A DNA stretch of 64,000 nt, from NCBI GenBank assembly GCA_963789955.1, contig CAWBMV010000001.1, forward strand, positions 192,001-256,000, written 5' to 3'. Source of the stretch: an uncultured Candidatus Rokubacteria bacterium. GTDB taxonomy: Bacteria > Methylomirabilota > Methylomirabilia > Rokubacteriales > CSP1-6. Positions 43,981 through 52,309 of this stretch are shown piece after piece; position 1 is the stretch's first letter; each line of letters begins with the position of its first letter. The notes under the pieces were generated by a model. That model searched no databases, was not told the origin of the DNA, and was given only the letters and a program-made list of their open reading frames with translations. Both the position numbers and the translations under genes were made by a program.

Positions 43981-44397
43981 ATGGCTGAGATGGTGCGAAC
44001 CGCCGACTACTTCTACGTGATGGTGCCGGACAAGCCGGGCGAGGGCGCCCGGATCCTCGGCGAGCTCAAGCGCGCGGGCGTCAACCTGGTGGCGTATTCG
44101 GGCTTCCCGAGCGGCCGAGGCGCTCAGCTCGATCTGGTCCCGACCGATCCGGCGGCGTTCAAGGCGCTGGCCAAAGAGAAGAAGTGGAAGGTCAAGGGCC
44201 CGAAGCGCACGTTCCTGATCGACGGCGACGATCGGCTCGGCGCCTGCGCCGACGTCCTGGGCCGGCTCGCGGCGGCGAAGATCAACGTGACGGCGATGGA
44301 CGCCGTCGCGCCGCCCGGCGGTGGCCGCTATGCCGCGATCCTGTGGGTGAAGGCGCGTGACGTGAAGAAGGCCGCCGCCGTCCTCGGAGCCAGTTGA
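43981..44397 (+). CDS. ACT-like tandem-domain protein
   Basis: VPDKPGEGARIL..L..AGVNL; DDRLGACADVL..L..AKINVTAMDA; SD GGAGG. Confidence 0.75.
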   Translation: MAEMVRTADYFYVMVPDKPGEGARILGELKRAGVNLVAYSGFPSGRGAQLDLVPTDPAAFKALAKEKKWKVKGPKRTFLIDGDDRLGACADVLGRLAAAKINVTAMDAVAPPGGGRYAAILWVKARDVKKAAAVLGAS

Positions 44398-45170
44398 TCG
44401 CTCCCGATCTGTTCGACACGCACGCGCACCTGCATTTCCCGGAGTTCGCGGGCGATTTCGACGCCGTGCTCGAGCGCGCGCGCGCCGCGGGCGTGCGGCG
44501 CATTCTGACCATCGGAACCGACGTGCCGACCTCGCGCGCCGCGGCGGAGATGGCCGCGCGCCTGCCGGACGTCTGGGCGGCCGTCGGCATCCACCCGCAC
44601 GAGGCCGCGGAGGCGGACGACGCGGCGCTCGCCGAGATCGAGCGGCTGGCCGGCAGCGCCCGGGTCGTCGCGATCGGCGAGACCGGCCTCGATTTCTTTC
44701 GCAACCTGGCGCCGCGCGACGCCCAGGAGCGCGCGTTCCGCAGCCAGCTCGCGCTCGCGCGCCGAATCCGAAAGCCCGTGCTCGTCCATTGTCGTGACGC
44801 GCACGAAGACACGCTGCGCCTGATCGGCGAGGCGGACGTGCGGGAAGCCGGCGGGATCATGCACTGCTTCTCCGGCGACGTCGGGATCGCGCGCCGGTGT
44901 CTCGACCTCGGGCTGCTGGTCTCGCTCGCGGGGCCGGTGACGTATCCGAAGCCGGGCGCGCTGCCCGAAGTCGCCCGGTTCGTTCCCGGCGATCGCCTCG
45001 TCGTCGAGACCGACTGCCCGTTTCTGCCGCCGCAACCCTATCGCGGCAAGCGCAACGAGCCCGCCTATCTCGCGATCACGGCGGCGCGCGTCGCGGAGCT
45101 GCGCGGCGAGCCGCTCGCCGACCTGGCCGCGCGCATGTCCGAGAACGCTCAGGCGCTCCTGCGGCTGTGA
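44394..45170 (+). CDS. tatD: TatD-family hydrolase
   Basis: DTHAHL, VGIHPH, IGETGLD, VHCRDA, MHCFSG, ETDCPFL. Confidence 0.95.
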   Translation: MIAPDLFDTHAHLHFPEFAGDFDAVLERARAAGVRRILTIGTDVPTSRAAAEMAARLPDVWAAVGIHPHEAAEADDAALAEIERLAGSARVVAIGETGLDFFRNLAPRDAQERAFRSQLALARRIRKPVLVHCRDAHEDTLRLIGEADVREAGGIMHCFSGDVGIARRCLDLGLLVSLAGPVTYPKPGALPEVARFVPGDRLVVETDCPFLPPQPYRGKRNEPAYLAITAARVAELRGEPLADLAARMSENAQALLRL

Positions 45171-46106
45171 ATCGCGGCAGCCCGCTGCGCGACGTCGCCT
45201 TCTACCTGCGCGGACGACTCATCAAGCAGCTGACTCGGCTGGCCAGCGCGCGCGACCGAACCCCTCCGGTGGTGCCCGGCGCCGCTCGACGAGGTCATTC
45301 GCGGCGGGCGGGATCCGCTGGCGCTCTCGCGCCTGCTCGAGGGGAGATCGAACGCGGAGCGCGAGTCGGCGGTCGCGCGCTATCTCGGCGCCCGCGGGAT
45401 TCCGTTCGCCGTCCATCGCTTCGCGTCGAGCGAGGGCTCGGGCGACAACTTCGCCGTCGATCTCGGCGCGGGTGATCGCGTCCTCCTGCTCGCCGCGCAT
45501 CACGACGCGGTGGACGCGAGCCCGGGCGCCAACGACAACGCCGCGGCGGTCGGGATCTTGCTGAACCTGATCGAGCGCCTCGCGGCCTCGCCGCCGACGA
45601 AGCTCCGCCTGAGGTTTCTCTTCACCGCGGCGGAGGAGCGCGGCTATCTCGGCGCCCGCCACTACGCGCGCGAGATCGACGTCGCGGAGCTGGCCGGCGT
45701 CTTGAGCCTCGAGCTGTGCGGCATCGGCGATAGCGTGGTGATCTGGGACGCGCCGGACGCGACCCCGTTCCTCGACACGGTCAGCTCGATCCTCCGGAAC
45801 ATCGGCCTCGCGCGGGACGAGGGCCATCACGTCGTCGGCCGCATTCCCATGTTCGGCAGCGATCATCGCGCGTTCGCGCCGCTCGGGGTGCCGGCGTACG
45901 GGTTCACCCTGGTGCCCTCGGCGAACGCGGAGGCGCTGCGGCAGTTCGTGTTCAGCCCGGTGCGCAGCGCGATTCGTCACCTGATCCGGCGCCCGGTGCC
46001 GTTCGACACGTATCACACGCCGCGCGACCGGGGCAGCACCCTCGAGCCGCAGGCGCTGGCGCTCGCGCTGCGCGCGCTCGAGGCCGTTATTGCGGAAGTG
46101 GCGTAG
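45167..46106 (+). CDS. M28-family metallopeptidase, frameshift ~45270
   Basis: AAHHDAV, PGANDNAAAV, FTAAEERG, SDH, YHTPRD. Confidence 0.85.
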
Positions 46107-46383
46107 GCGGAGTCGTCGCGAGACGGAAGAGCAGGCGCCGGCTCAGCGCGGCTTCACTGGCCGGGACGAGGACGACGACCTCGCCCTGACCGCCGACGCT
46201 GAACGGATAGACCGAGTGAGCCAGCCGTGATCGCAGCAGGGTCGGGATCCCCTGGCTCTCGAAGAGTCCTTTGAGGACCAGCGCTTCCGCCTGATCGCAC
46301 CGGCGCACCTCGACCAGGCCGCGTTCGCCCCCCGGGTCCCTGGGGAATTTCGGAAACGGGATGACCTTCCCGCGCATCGACAT
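46087..46383 (-). CDS. DUF2007-like small protein
   Basis: EALVLKGLFESQGIP...GEVVVLVP.SEA..SR.LL; TATACT 7 nt upstream of the ATG. Confidence 0.75.
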   Translation of the reverse strand: MSMRGKVIPFPKFPRDPGGERGLVEVRRCDQAEALVLKGLFESQGIPTLLRSRLAHSVYPFSVGGQGEVVVLVPASEAALSRRLLFRLATTPPTPLPQ

Positions 46384-46930
46384 TGCAGTGAGTATAATCC
46401 AAGCCCGCGACCTGTCCACCAGCGCCGCCCACAGCCCGAAAATCGAGGAATTTCGGGGCGTCACGTCTGCCCTGTGCGGGGCTGTCCGATAGTGAACACG
46501 GACAAAACACGGACAAGCGGGCCGCGCACGTCGGCTTGCCGAGAAACCCGTCGGGTGCTTCAGCACGCTTGCCCTGCGCGCTTCCTGCCGCATCTTCACG
46601 GCGATCGTCCGCGAGACGGAAGGGCAACGCCCAAAGCGGCCGTGCGTCGTTCTAGACGCTAACGCGGCCGGCGAGCGACGTTCTCCACTTGGAGGTACGC
46701 CGTGATGAAACCGGCTGCGCCGGGCTGCATTCAGGTGGATCGTTGAGGAACGACCCACGAGGCTACGGTGTCTCGGCTCGCTGGGCTGGATCTGGAGTAA
46801 GGTCCGACCCGCATCGGCGCAGAACGCGGACGGCCTACCGGACCCCCATGCGCTTGACCGGTGCGCGAGCGGGGTCAGCTACATCGTGACTGCGGCGGCG
46901 CGCGCCTTGAACGGCCGGCGAGAGTCGCGT

Positions 46931-47185
46931 CTAACGCAAGCGCCCAGCACCCCCGGCCAGTAGGAGATCACGAAGCTTCGCCACCTGTTCGGGCTCGAGG
47001 TCGATAATCGTTGTGAACCGGTCCAGCGGTCCGAGAACTTCGTCAGCCAGGCCCGCCGCTTCTGCTTGATCGCCTCGACACAGAATCACGAGCGCCTGAT
47101 GGCAGGTCTCCCAATTCGCTGTGATGGCCTCGAGACCCGTCGGTGGGGCGTCAAGGCTATAAGTCGTCCCTTGAATGCGATGCAT
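46931..47185 (-). CDS. Hypothetical cargo protein (~84 aa)
   Basis: Plausible composition (MHRIQGTTYSLDAPP...AKLRDLLL); inside the element; no family recognised. Confidence 0.45.
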   Translation of the reverse strand: MHRIQGTTYSLDAPPTGLEAITANWETCHQALVILCRGDQAEAAGLADEVLGPLDRFTTIIDLEPEQVAKLRDLLLAGGAGRLR

Positions 47186-47526
47186 TGTGAGAGTGTTGGT
47201 GTTCGCGTTACGAGCTGTGCGTTGCGAGAGGGACATTCGTCGTTGGCTCCTTGCAGGTTGATCACCAAGGCCAACGTGCAAGTGCTATACCTCGAACGCG
47301 CCTAGCGCAAACGCAGCAGTTTCGGGTTCATCCGCCGCGGCTCGACTACGAGGCGTCAGATCGAGATCACTTGTGTTCGATTGATGAACGGAAGAGGGCA
47401 TCTTCCTTCGAGCACGTGGCGAGGGGGATCAACACCGAGCAACCGCACAAGTCGCTTGCGGCGCGATCCCTGCGGCAACGTCGTCAAGCCGGCCGATCTC
47501 GACTACGCTGACCGTGCGGAGGTGAA

Positions 47527-47733
47527 GTGATGTTGAGTGAAGGCTACCAAGACGGGTTCCGCGACGGCTGGTCCGATCAACGCGACGGGCGGAAGCCGAG
47601 CACCGTGCCAACGAACGACTACTACGGCCAGGAGTACCGCCGTGGCTACGAAGAAGGCGCTCGCGCCTACGCGCAGCGCCTTGAAGGCCGCTCCGAACGC
47701 CGCTCCACTGCGTCCCGCGATGAGGTGGCGTGA
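47527..47733 (+). CDS. Small hypothetical protein with GYxDGFxDG / YRRGYEEG repeats
   Basis: Strong SD GGAGGT at 47518-23; this repeat pattern is typical of small phage/MGE proteins. Confidence 0.6.
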   Translation: MMLSEGYQDGFRDGWSDQRDGRKPSTVPTNDYYGQEYRRGYEEGARAYAQRLEGRSERRSTASRDEVA

Positions 47734-48086
47734 TGTTCTCGTGCAAGCAGACCGCCATGGCGGGATGATAGCGCCGATGGGGTTCAGGCTCGCTTCACGC
47801 TGACTTTCTCGTAAGACCCCCACAGCTTTACCTCAGTGACGCCAGGCTGATTCACTCGCTGCACCCGTATGTGGGTGTTCTTGCCATCAGCGGCAGGCGC
47901 TCGGGGCGGCCGAGGCCTATCGTGCCCAGCGGCGGGCCGGCCGGGTGACACACCTGAACACGGACAAAAGGCGGACAGCGAGGCGGGCGATCCGTTCGTA
48001 ACAAGCTGATTTTGAATAGTTCAGAGCGCGACGGTCGATTCACAACGAGTATAATCCATGCGCATGGGGCCGCGCCCGTCCACGAC

Positions 48087-48986
48087 GTGAGCCGGGCGAG
48101 CGTCGGCGTCGTCGTCACGTGCCCGTGCGGCGAGGTGTACGAGCTACGGCCGGAGTACGCGGGCCGCCTCCTCGAGTGTCCCGCCTGCCGCCGGCAACTG
48201 CGCGCCGGCCCCCCGCCGAACACCCCGCGCCCGCCGACCCCCGGCGTCGACCGCGCCTTCGATCGCGACGTGTTCCTGTTGCGCCAGCGCGTGTTCACGA
48301 TCACGTCGAAGTACGAGATCTGGGCCCAGGACGGCACGCCGGTGCTCTACGTGGAGCGCCCGACCTATCCGATCCGTACGCTCGTGGCCTATCTGCTCGC
48401 GGTCATCGTGGTTCTGACGATCATGGGCGGCGCGGCCAGGGCCATGGCGCGGGATGACAGCGGGCTGATCGTCCTGCTCTCCGTGCCGGTGGCGGCGTTC
48501 ATCTTCCTGGTGATCTCGATGTCGCTGCGTCCGCGCCGCCACGTGACGATCTATCGCGACGAGTCGCGACAGGAGACCTTGCTCCGGGTGATCCAGGATC
48601 AGCGCGTCGCGTTTCTGACCAGGACCTATACGGTCGTGACGCCGACGGGTGAGACGCTCGCGCTGCTGCGAAAGACGTACCTGCACAACCTCATTCGCAA
48701 GCGCTGGTACGTCACGGGCTCCGGGGGCGAGGCCCTCGCGATGGCGATCGAGGACTCGATCGTGCTCTCGCTGCTCCGGCGGATCCTCGGCCCCTTCTTC
48801 GGATTCCTCCGGACGAACTTCGTGTTCGTCCGCGGCACGGACGCCGAGGTCTTCGGCGAGCTCAACCGCAAGTTCACCTTGCTGGATCGCTACGTGCTCG
48901 ATCTGTCGGCCGACACCGCGCGCGCGTTCGATCGGCGCGTGGCCGTGGCGCTCGGGATCATGCTCGACACCGGCGAGCGCCGCTGA
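48087..48986 (+). CDS. Zn-ribbon + 2TM + scramblase/LURP-one-like protein
   Basis: CPCG...CPAC ribbon; FLLRQR...KYEI...LYVE; DRYVLDLS.D...DRRVAVALGIMLD. Confidence 0.65.
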   Translation: MSRASVGVVVTCPCGEVYELRPEYAGRLLECPACRRQLRAGPPPNTPRPPTPGVDRAFDRDVFLLRQRVFTITSKYEIWAQDGTPVLYVERPTYPIRTLVAYLLAVIVVLTIMGGAARAMARDDSGLIVLLSVPVAAFIFLVISMSLRPRRHVTIYRDESRQETLLRVIQDQRVAFLTRTYTVVTPTGETLALLRKTYLHNLIRKRWYVTGSGGEALAMAIEDSIVLSLLRRILGPFFGFLRTNFVFVRGTDAEVFGELNRKFTLLDRYVLDLSADTARAFDRRVAVALGIMLDTGERR

Positions 48987-48987
48987 C

Positions 48988-49731
48988 GTGAGCACCTTCC
49001 CGGAAGCGCCGCTACGCATTACGCCGGACATGTTGCTCTCGCGCCGTGTCGATTTCGAGCGGCGCATGAGTCGCGTGCCGCCGGTGACGCTCGCGACGCT
49101 CGCGCTGCTCGTGGTGATCTTCGTCGCCGAGGTCCGGATGGGGGCGCTCGAGTCGCGCGAGTCGATCATCGCGATGGGCGCGCTCGCGCGCGAGCGTGTC
49201 GCCGCCGGCGAGTACTGGCGTCTCCTGACGGCGCCGTGGCTCCACGGCGGCACCGAGCACCTGGTCGGCAACGGGATCGCGCTCTACATCCTCGGCATGG
49301 TGTGCGAGGCCGCGTTCGGCCCGGTCCAGTTCGTCGTGCTCTACGTGCTGAGCGGGCTGGCGGGCTCCATCGTGAGCGTGCTGGTGAGCGCGGGTCCGTC
49401 CGTCGGCGCCTCGGGCGCGATCTTCGGTCTGCAGGGCGCGGCGATCGTGCTCATGCGCCGCGAGCGCGAACGGCTGCTCGTGCGCGACCGGCGCGTCGGC
49501 TTCGTGCTCCTCATCTGGGCGATCTACACGATCGCCGGCGGCCTGACCGATCCGTTCATCGACAACGGCGCCCACATCGGCGGCGCGCTGGGCGGCGCGT
49601 TGCTCGCGAGCCGTCTTCATCCGGTCGTGCTCTCGCCGATGCCGGCCGAGCGCGCCGCGGCGGTGCGCCGCTGGCTCGGGCTCGTCGTCGCGCTCTTGGC
49701 GTACGCGGTCGTGGCCTGGGTCCGCCACTGA
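48988..49731 (+). CDS. Rhomboid intramembrane serine protease
   Basis: WRLLTAPWLHGG.EHL.GN, SVGASGAIFG, AHIGGALGG. Confidence 0.95.
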   Translation: MSTFPEAPLRITPDMLLSRRVDFERRMSRVPPVTLATLALLVVIFVAEVRMGALESRESIIAMGALARERVAAGEYWRLLTAPWLHGGTEHLVGNGIALYILGMVCEAAFGPVQFVVLYVLSGLAGSIVSVLVSAGPSVGASGAIFGLQGAAIVLMRRERERLLVRDRRVGFVLLIWAIYTIAGGLTDPFIDNGAHIGGALGGALLASRLHPVVLSPMPAERAAAVRRWLGLVVALLAYAVVAWVRH

Positions 49732-49751
49732 CGTGCCGAGGCCGCTCCCGC

Positions 49752-50552
49752 CTACCGCCCGGCCTGGCGCGCTTGCAGCGCCGCCAACACGTTCCGCGCC
49801 ACGTCGCGCACGGTGTCGTCCTGATCGGCTAGCGCCGTCTGCGCCACGGCCTCAACCCGTGGATCGTTCCGGGGCAGTTGGGTCAGAGCCTCGGCTCGCA
49901 CCACCGGCGAGGCGTCGTGCTGGGCGCGGTCGAAGAGGATCTCGAGCGGAATGGTCAACGCGGAGGTCAGGATCGCCAGCCGGCCGCGGGGGTCAAAGTC
50001 GCCCAGACCAGCCGCCAGCACGCGATCCACGGGCACCTCGGGGCCTGACCGGCCGAGCGCCTCGATCGAGGCCACCCGCACCGCCGGATCCGCGTCGTGC
50101 AGCCCCTCCAGGAGGACCGCCACGTTGGTGGCGGCCGTCCGCGGGGAGCCGGCCGGCGGCCCCGTGATCCTCGCGGGAGTCGGGAACAGCCGTACCTCTT
50201 GCAGCACCGGGCGCGCCCGAAGGCCACCGTCCGCGGCCGGCCCGAACACTAGGACATGGTCACAGCCGGGTAGGAGTCGGGGGAGGGCAGCTTCGATCTC
50301 CACGTCCGCGATGTCCGCCGTGACGAGCGTTTCCAGTACTGCCGGCGACGCCGAGATGCGGATGCCCGTCAGCCGGGCGATCTCCCCCAGCACCCGGTCG
50401 GCCCGCATGGCCTCGACCTTCACGGTGACCCGCCCGTCCCCCGCAACGACGCGCTCGGCCCGGGCCTCGGCCCGGACCGGGTTCGAGCCCGGTCCCGCCA
50501 GGAGGGCGAGGACCGCCAGGCCGACCGCCAGTCCCCGCGCCGCCGCTATCAC
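49752..50552 (-). CDS. Exported protein: secretin/STN-like N-domain + HEAT repeats
   Basis: Signal peptide; VTVKV......VLGEIARLTGIRI; HEAT repeats DADPAVRVASIEALG, DASPVVRAEAL, DQDDTVR; GTG overlaps the upstream TGA. Confidence 0.7.
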   Translation of the reverse strand: MIAAARGLAVGLAVLALLAGPGSNPVRAEARAERVVAGDGRVTVKVEAMRADRVLGEIARLTGIRISASPAVLETLVTADIADVEIEAALPRLLPGCDHVLVFGPAADGGLRARPVLQEVRLFPTPARITGPPAGSPRTAATNVAVLLEGLHDADPAVRVASIEALGRSGPEVPVDRVLAAGLGDFDPRGRLAILTSALTIPLEILFDRAQHDASPVVRAEALTQLPRNDPRVEAVAQTALADQDDTVRDVARNVLAALQARQAGR

Positions 50553-51541
50553 AGCTCGACCTGAACGTCGGAGGACCCGAACGGCGTCACGCTGATCGGC
50601 AGGCAGACGCCGAACTTGATGTTCAGGAAGGCCTGCCCCAGCCGCGGGCCCACGTAATGCCGCACGGCGTCCAGCTCGCCGGACGCGCTGTTTAGGCCGT
50701 CCTGCACAAGCCCGCCGTCGTCCTCTTTCGTCGCCACGATCGCCCCGCCGCTGCAGGAGAGTCGCAGATGCGCCCAGTACAGGACAGCGGTGTCGCCGCA
50801 GCCACCGTCGCCGAGCATCGGGTCGATGCACTTGAAGTCGATCCAGGCCGCGACCTTGATGCCAGTGCTGTCGAGTCGTGTAAGGCCCATGTCCGAGCGC
50901 CAGCTCAGCGAGTGAATGCTCACGACGTTGAAGTCGTACATCCCGGTCCCGACTGCGGTCGCCATTCGACTGCGGATCTCGTCGGCAGCCACGGTCACAG
51001 GGCGGAAACCGGCGGTCCACACCTGCCACGCGGTGTGGCTGCGGAGCGTGGTGCCGGGGATCAGGAGCGTCCGAGAGTCGTAGCTGTAGTACTCGTCGTC
51101 CAGCCACTGCTGGGAGGCCGAGAAGGCCCTGGCGTAGATCAGGTGCTCGTTGACAGACAGGCTCAGCTGGGTGAGACAGACGCCGTCCGAGCCCCCCTTG
51201 AAGATCTTGAGGTACTTGATGTCCGACAGCGTCGCCACGCCGGTCAGCAGGAGGTCGTAAGTGCGCTCGGAAGCCCGCTCGAAATCGTTCACCGGCGAGT
51301 CCATGACCGTGTAGTTGACGTCGTTGAGCGCAGCCAGGACCTTGTTGTCGGTGCCGGCCTCGGAGTAGTCGCAGACCTGCACGGAGAGTTGGACGCGCCA
51401 GACCGGCGTGTACCCGCCCGGTCCCGGCGGCTGCTGGCCCTTGGTGGGGAGGGTGAGGCCGGCAGCCTGGGCGAAGTCGAGCGCCCCCAGCATGGTCAGC
51501 AGCGCGAGGGTGAGGCCGAATCCGATGATGAGCCGTTTCAT
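50549..51541 (-). CDS. Secreted PLAT/LH2-domain protein
   Basis: Signal peptide; AGTDNKV...NDFERASERTY...LSDIKYLKIFKGGSDGVCL PLAT pattern; lower GC. Confidence 0.65.
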   Translation of the reverse strand: MKRLIIGFGLTLALLTMLGALDFAQAAGLTLPTKGQQPPGPGGYTPVWRVQLSVQVCDYSEAGTDNKVLAALNDVNYTVMDSPVNDFERASERTYDLLLTGVATLSDIKYLKIFKGGSDGVCLTQLSLSVNEHLIYARAFSASQQWLDDEYYSYDSRTLLIPGTTLRSHTAWQVWTAGFRPVTVAADEIRSRMATAVGTGMYDFNVVSIHSLSWRSDMGLTRLDSTGIKVAAWIDFKCIDPMLGDGGCGDTAVLYWAHLRLSCSGGAIVATKEDDGGLVQDGLNSASGELDAVRHYVGPRLGQAFLNIKFGVCLPISVTPFGSSDVQVEL

Positions 51542-51996
51542 TATCGATTCTCCCAGGTGGTGCGCGTTCACTTGGCGGTTCACTGTCGATCCTCCCAGGT
51601 GATGCCCGTTCACTGCCGGTAGGTGCTGGGAGCAACGGCGAGGCCAAGTCCGGAACGGTCGGACAGGCACCCATTGGTGGCGGCGAATCGCCGCGAAACG
51701 CACGCGGACTGCACTGTGCAACGTCCCTCGGGTGGGCGGCCGGGGGTGGCCGAGTTAAACGGGGGGACGGCCGGGCGAAACGCCGGGCGCCGGGCAGGGC
51801 GCCCGGGTCAGCGCGGGTCGGTTCAGAGCCGGCCCGCCATCCGCCTGCGCGCGAAATGGCGGTCGAGCCCCCGGTGCGGCGTCATCGCCGACAGCGCTCG
51901 AAAGGGCGGATCCCTATGGGGCGCCTACGCGGCTGCGATTAGGACTTCGCGACCCGTCCAAGGCTCACGCGCCGCAATAGGAATCGGTGCCGCCGC

Positions 51997-52074
51997 CGAG
52001 CCAGGTGCGCTCGCGCGCGAACGAACTGGGTCTTGAACGGCTTGGTCAGGTAGTCGGTGACATCTGCCGCGAAG
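51997..52074 (-). pseudogene. Diverged remnant copy of the REC-domain C-terminus
   Basis: 30-bp exact match 52032-61 = 52362-91; encodes FAADVTDYLTKPFKTQFVRAR. Confidence 0.7.
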
Positions 52075-52099
52075 CGCCCAAGTGCGGCGTGGGCTCACC

Positions 52100-52309
52100 C
52101 CCATAGATCCCCGGCAGCTTGAAGTTGTATGCCTGCGCATAGGGCGGAATACCCTGGAGCAGGAGTTGTCCGATGTACGCGTACTCGCCCTCATCACGGT
52201 CGAGCGGCACGTCGAGCAGGCGGAGCCGAAGCGCGGCGGCTCCCACGACGGCCAGGCCAACTGCGGCCGCGGCGCCGAGGCCCACCCGCTTACTGACCGG
52301 GGTCGGCAT
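52100..52309 (-). pseudogene. 5' fragment of a GT39-like glycosyltransferase
   Basis: TM + PLDRDEGEYAYIGQLLLQGIPPY...KLPGIY, truncated after ~70 aa. Confidence 0.7.

Larger units (their letters stand above)
46390..48058. mobile_element. Integrase-less mini integrative element with attL/attR architecture
   Basis: 12-bp direct repeat GAGTATAATCCA (46390-401, 48047-058); TGAACACGGACAAAA-N2-CGGACA near both ends (46493-515, 47955-977); IHF-like sites; lower GC. Confidence 0.7.

Noticed and set aside
42961..44397. 478-aa membrane-ACT fusion
   Set aside because: Frameshift chimera; the ACT-like gene has its own SD and ATG at 43981
46495..47978. CRISPR array or dif site
   Set aside because: Only two short repeat clusters 1.4 kb apart, no spacer periodicity, no cas genes, no XerC/XerD dif match
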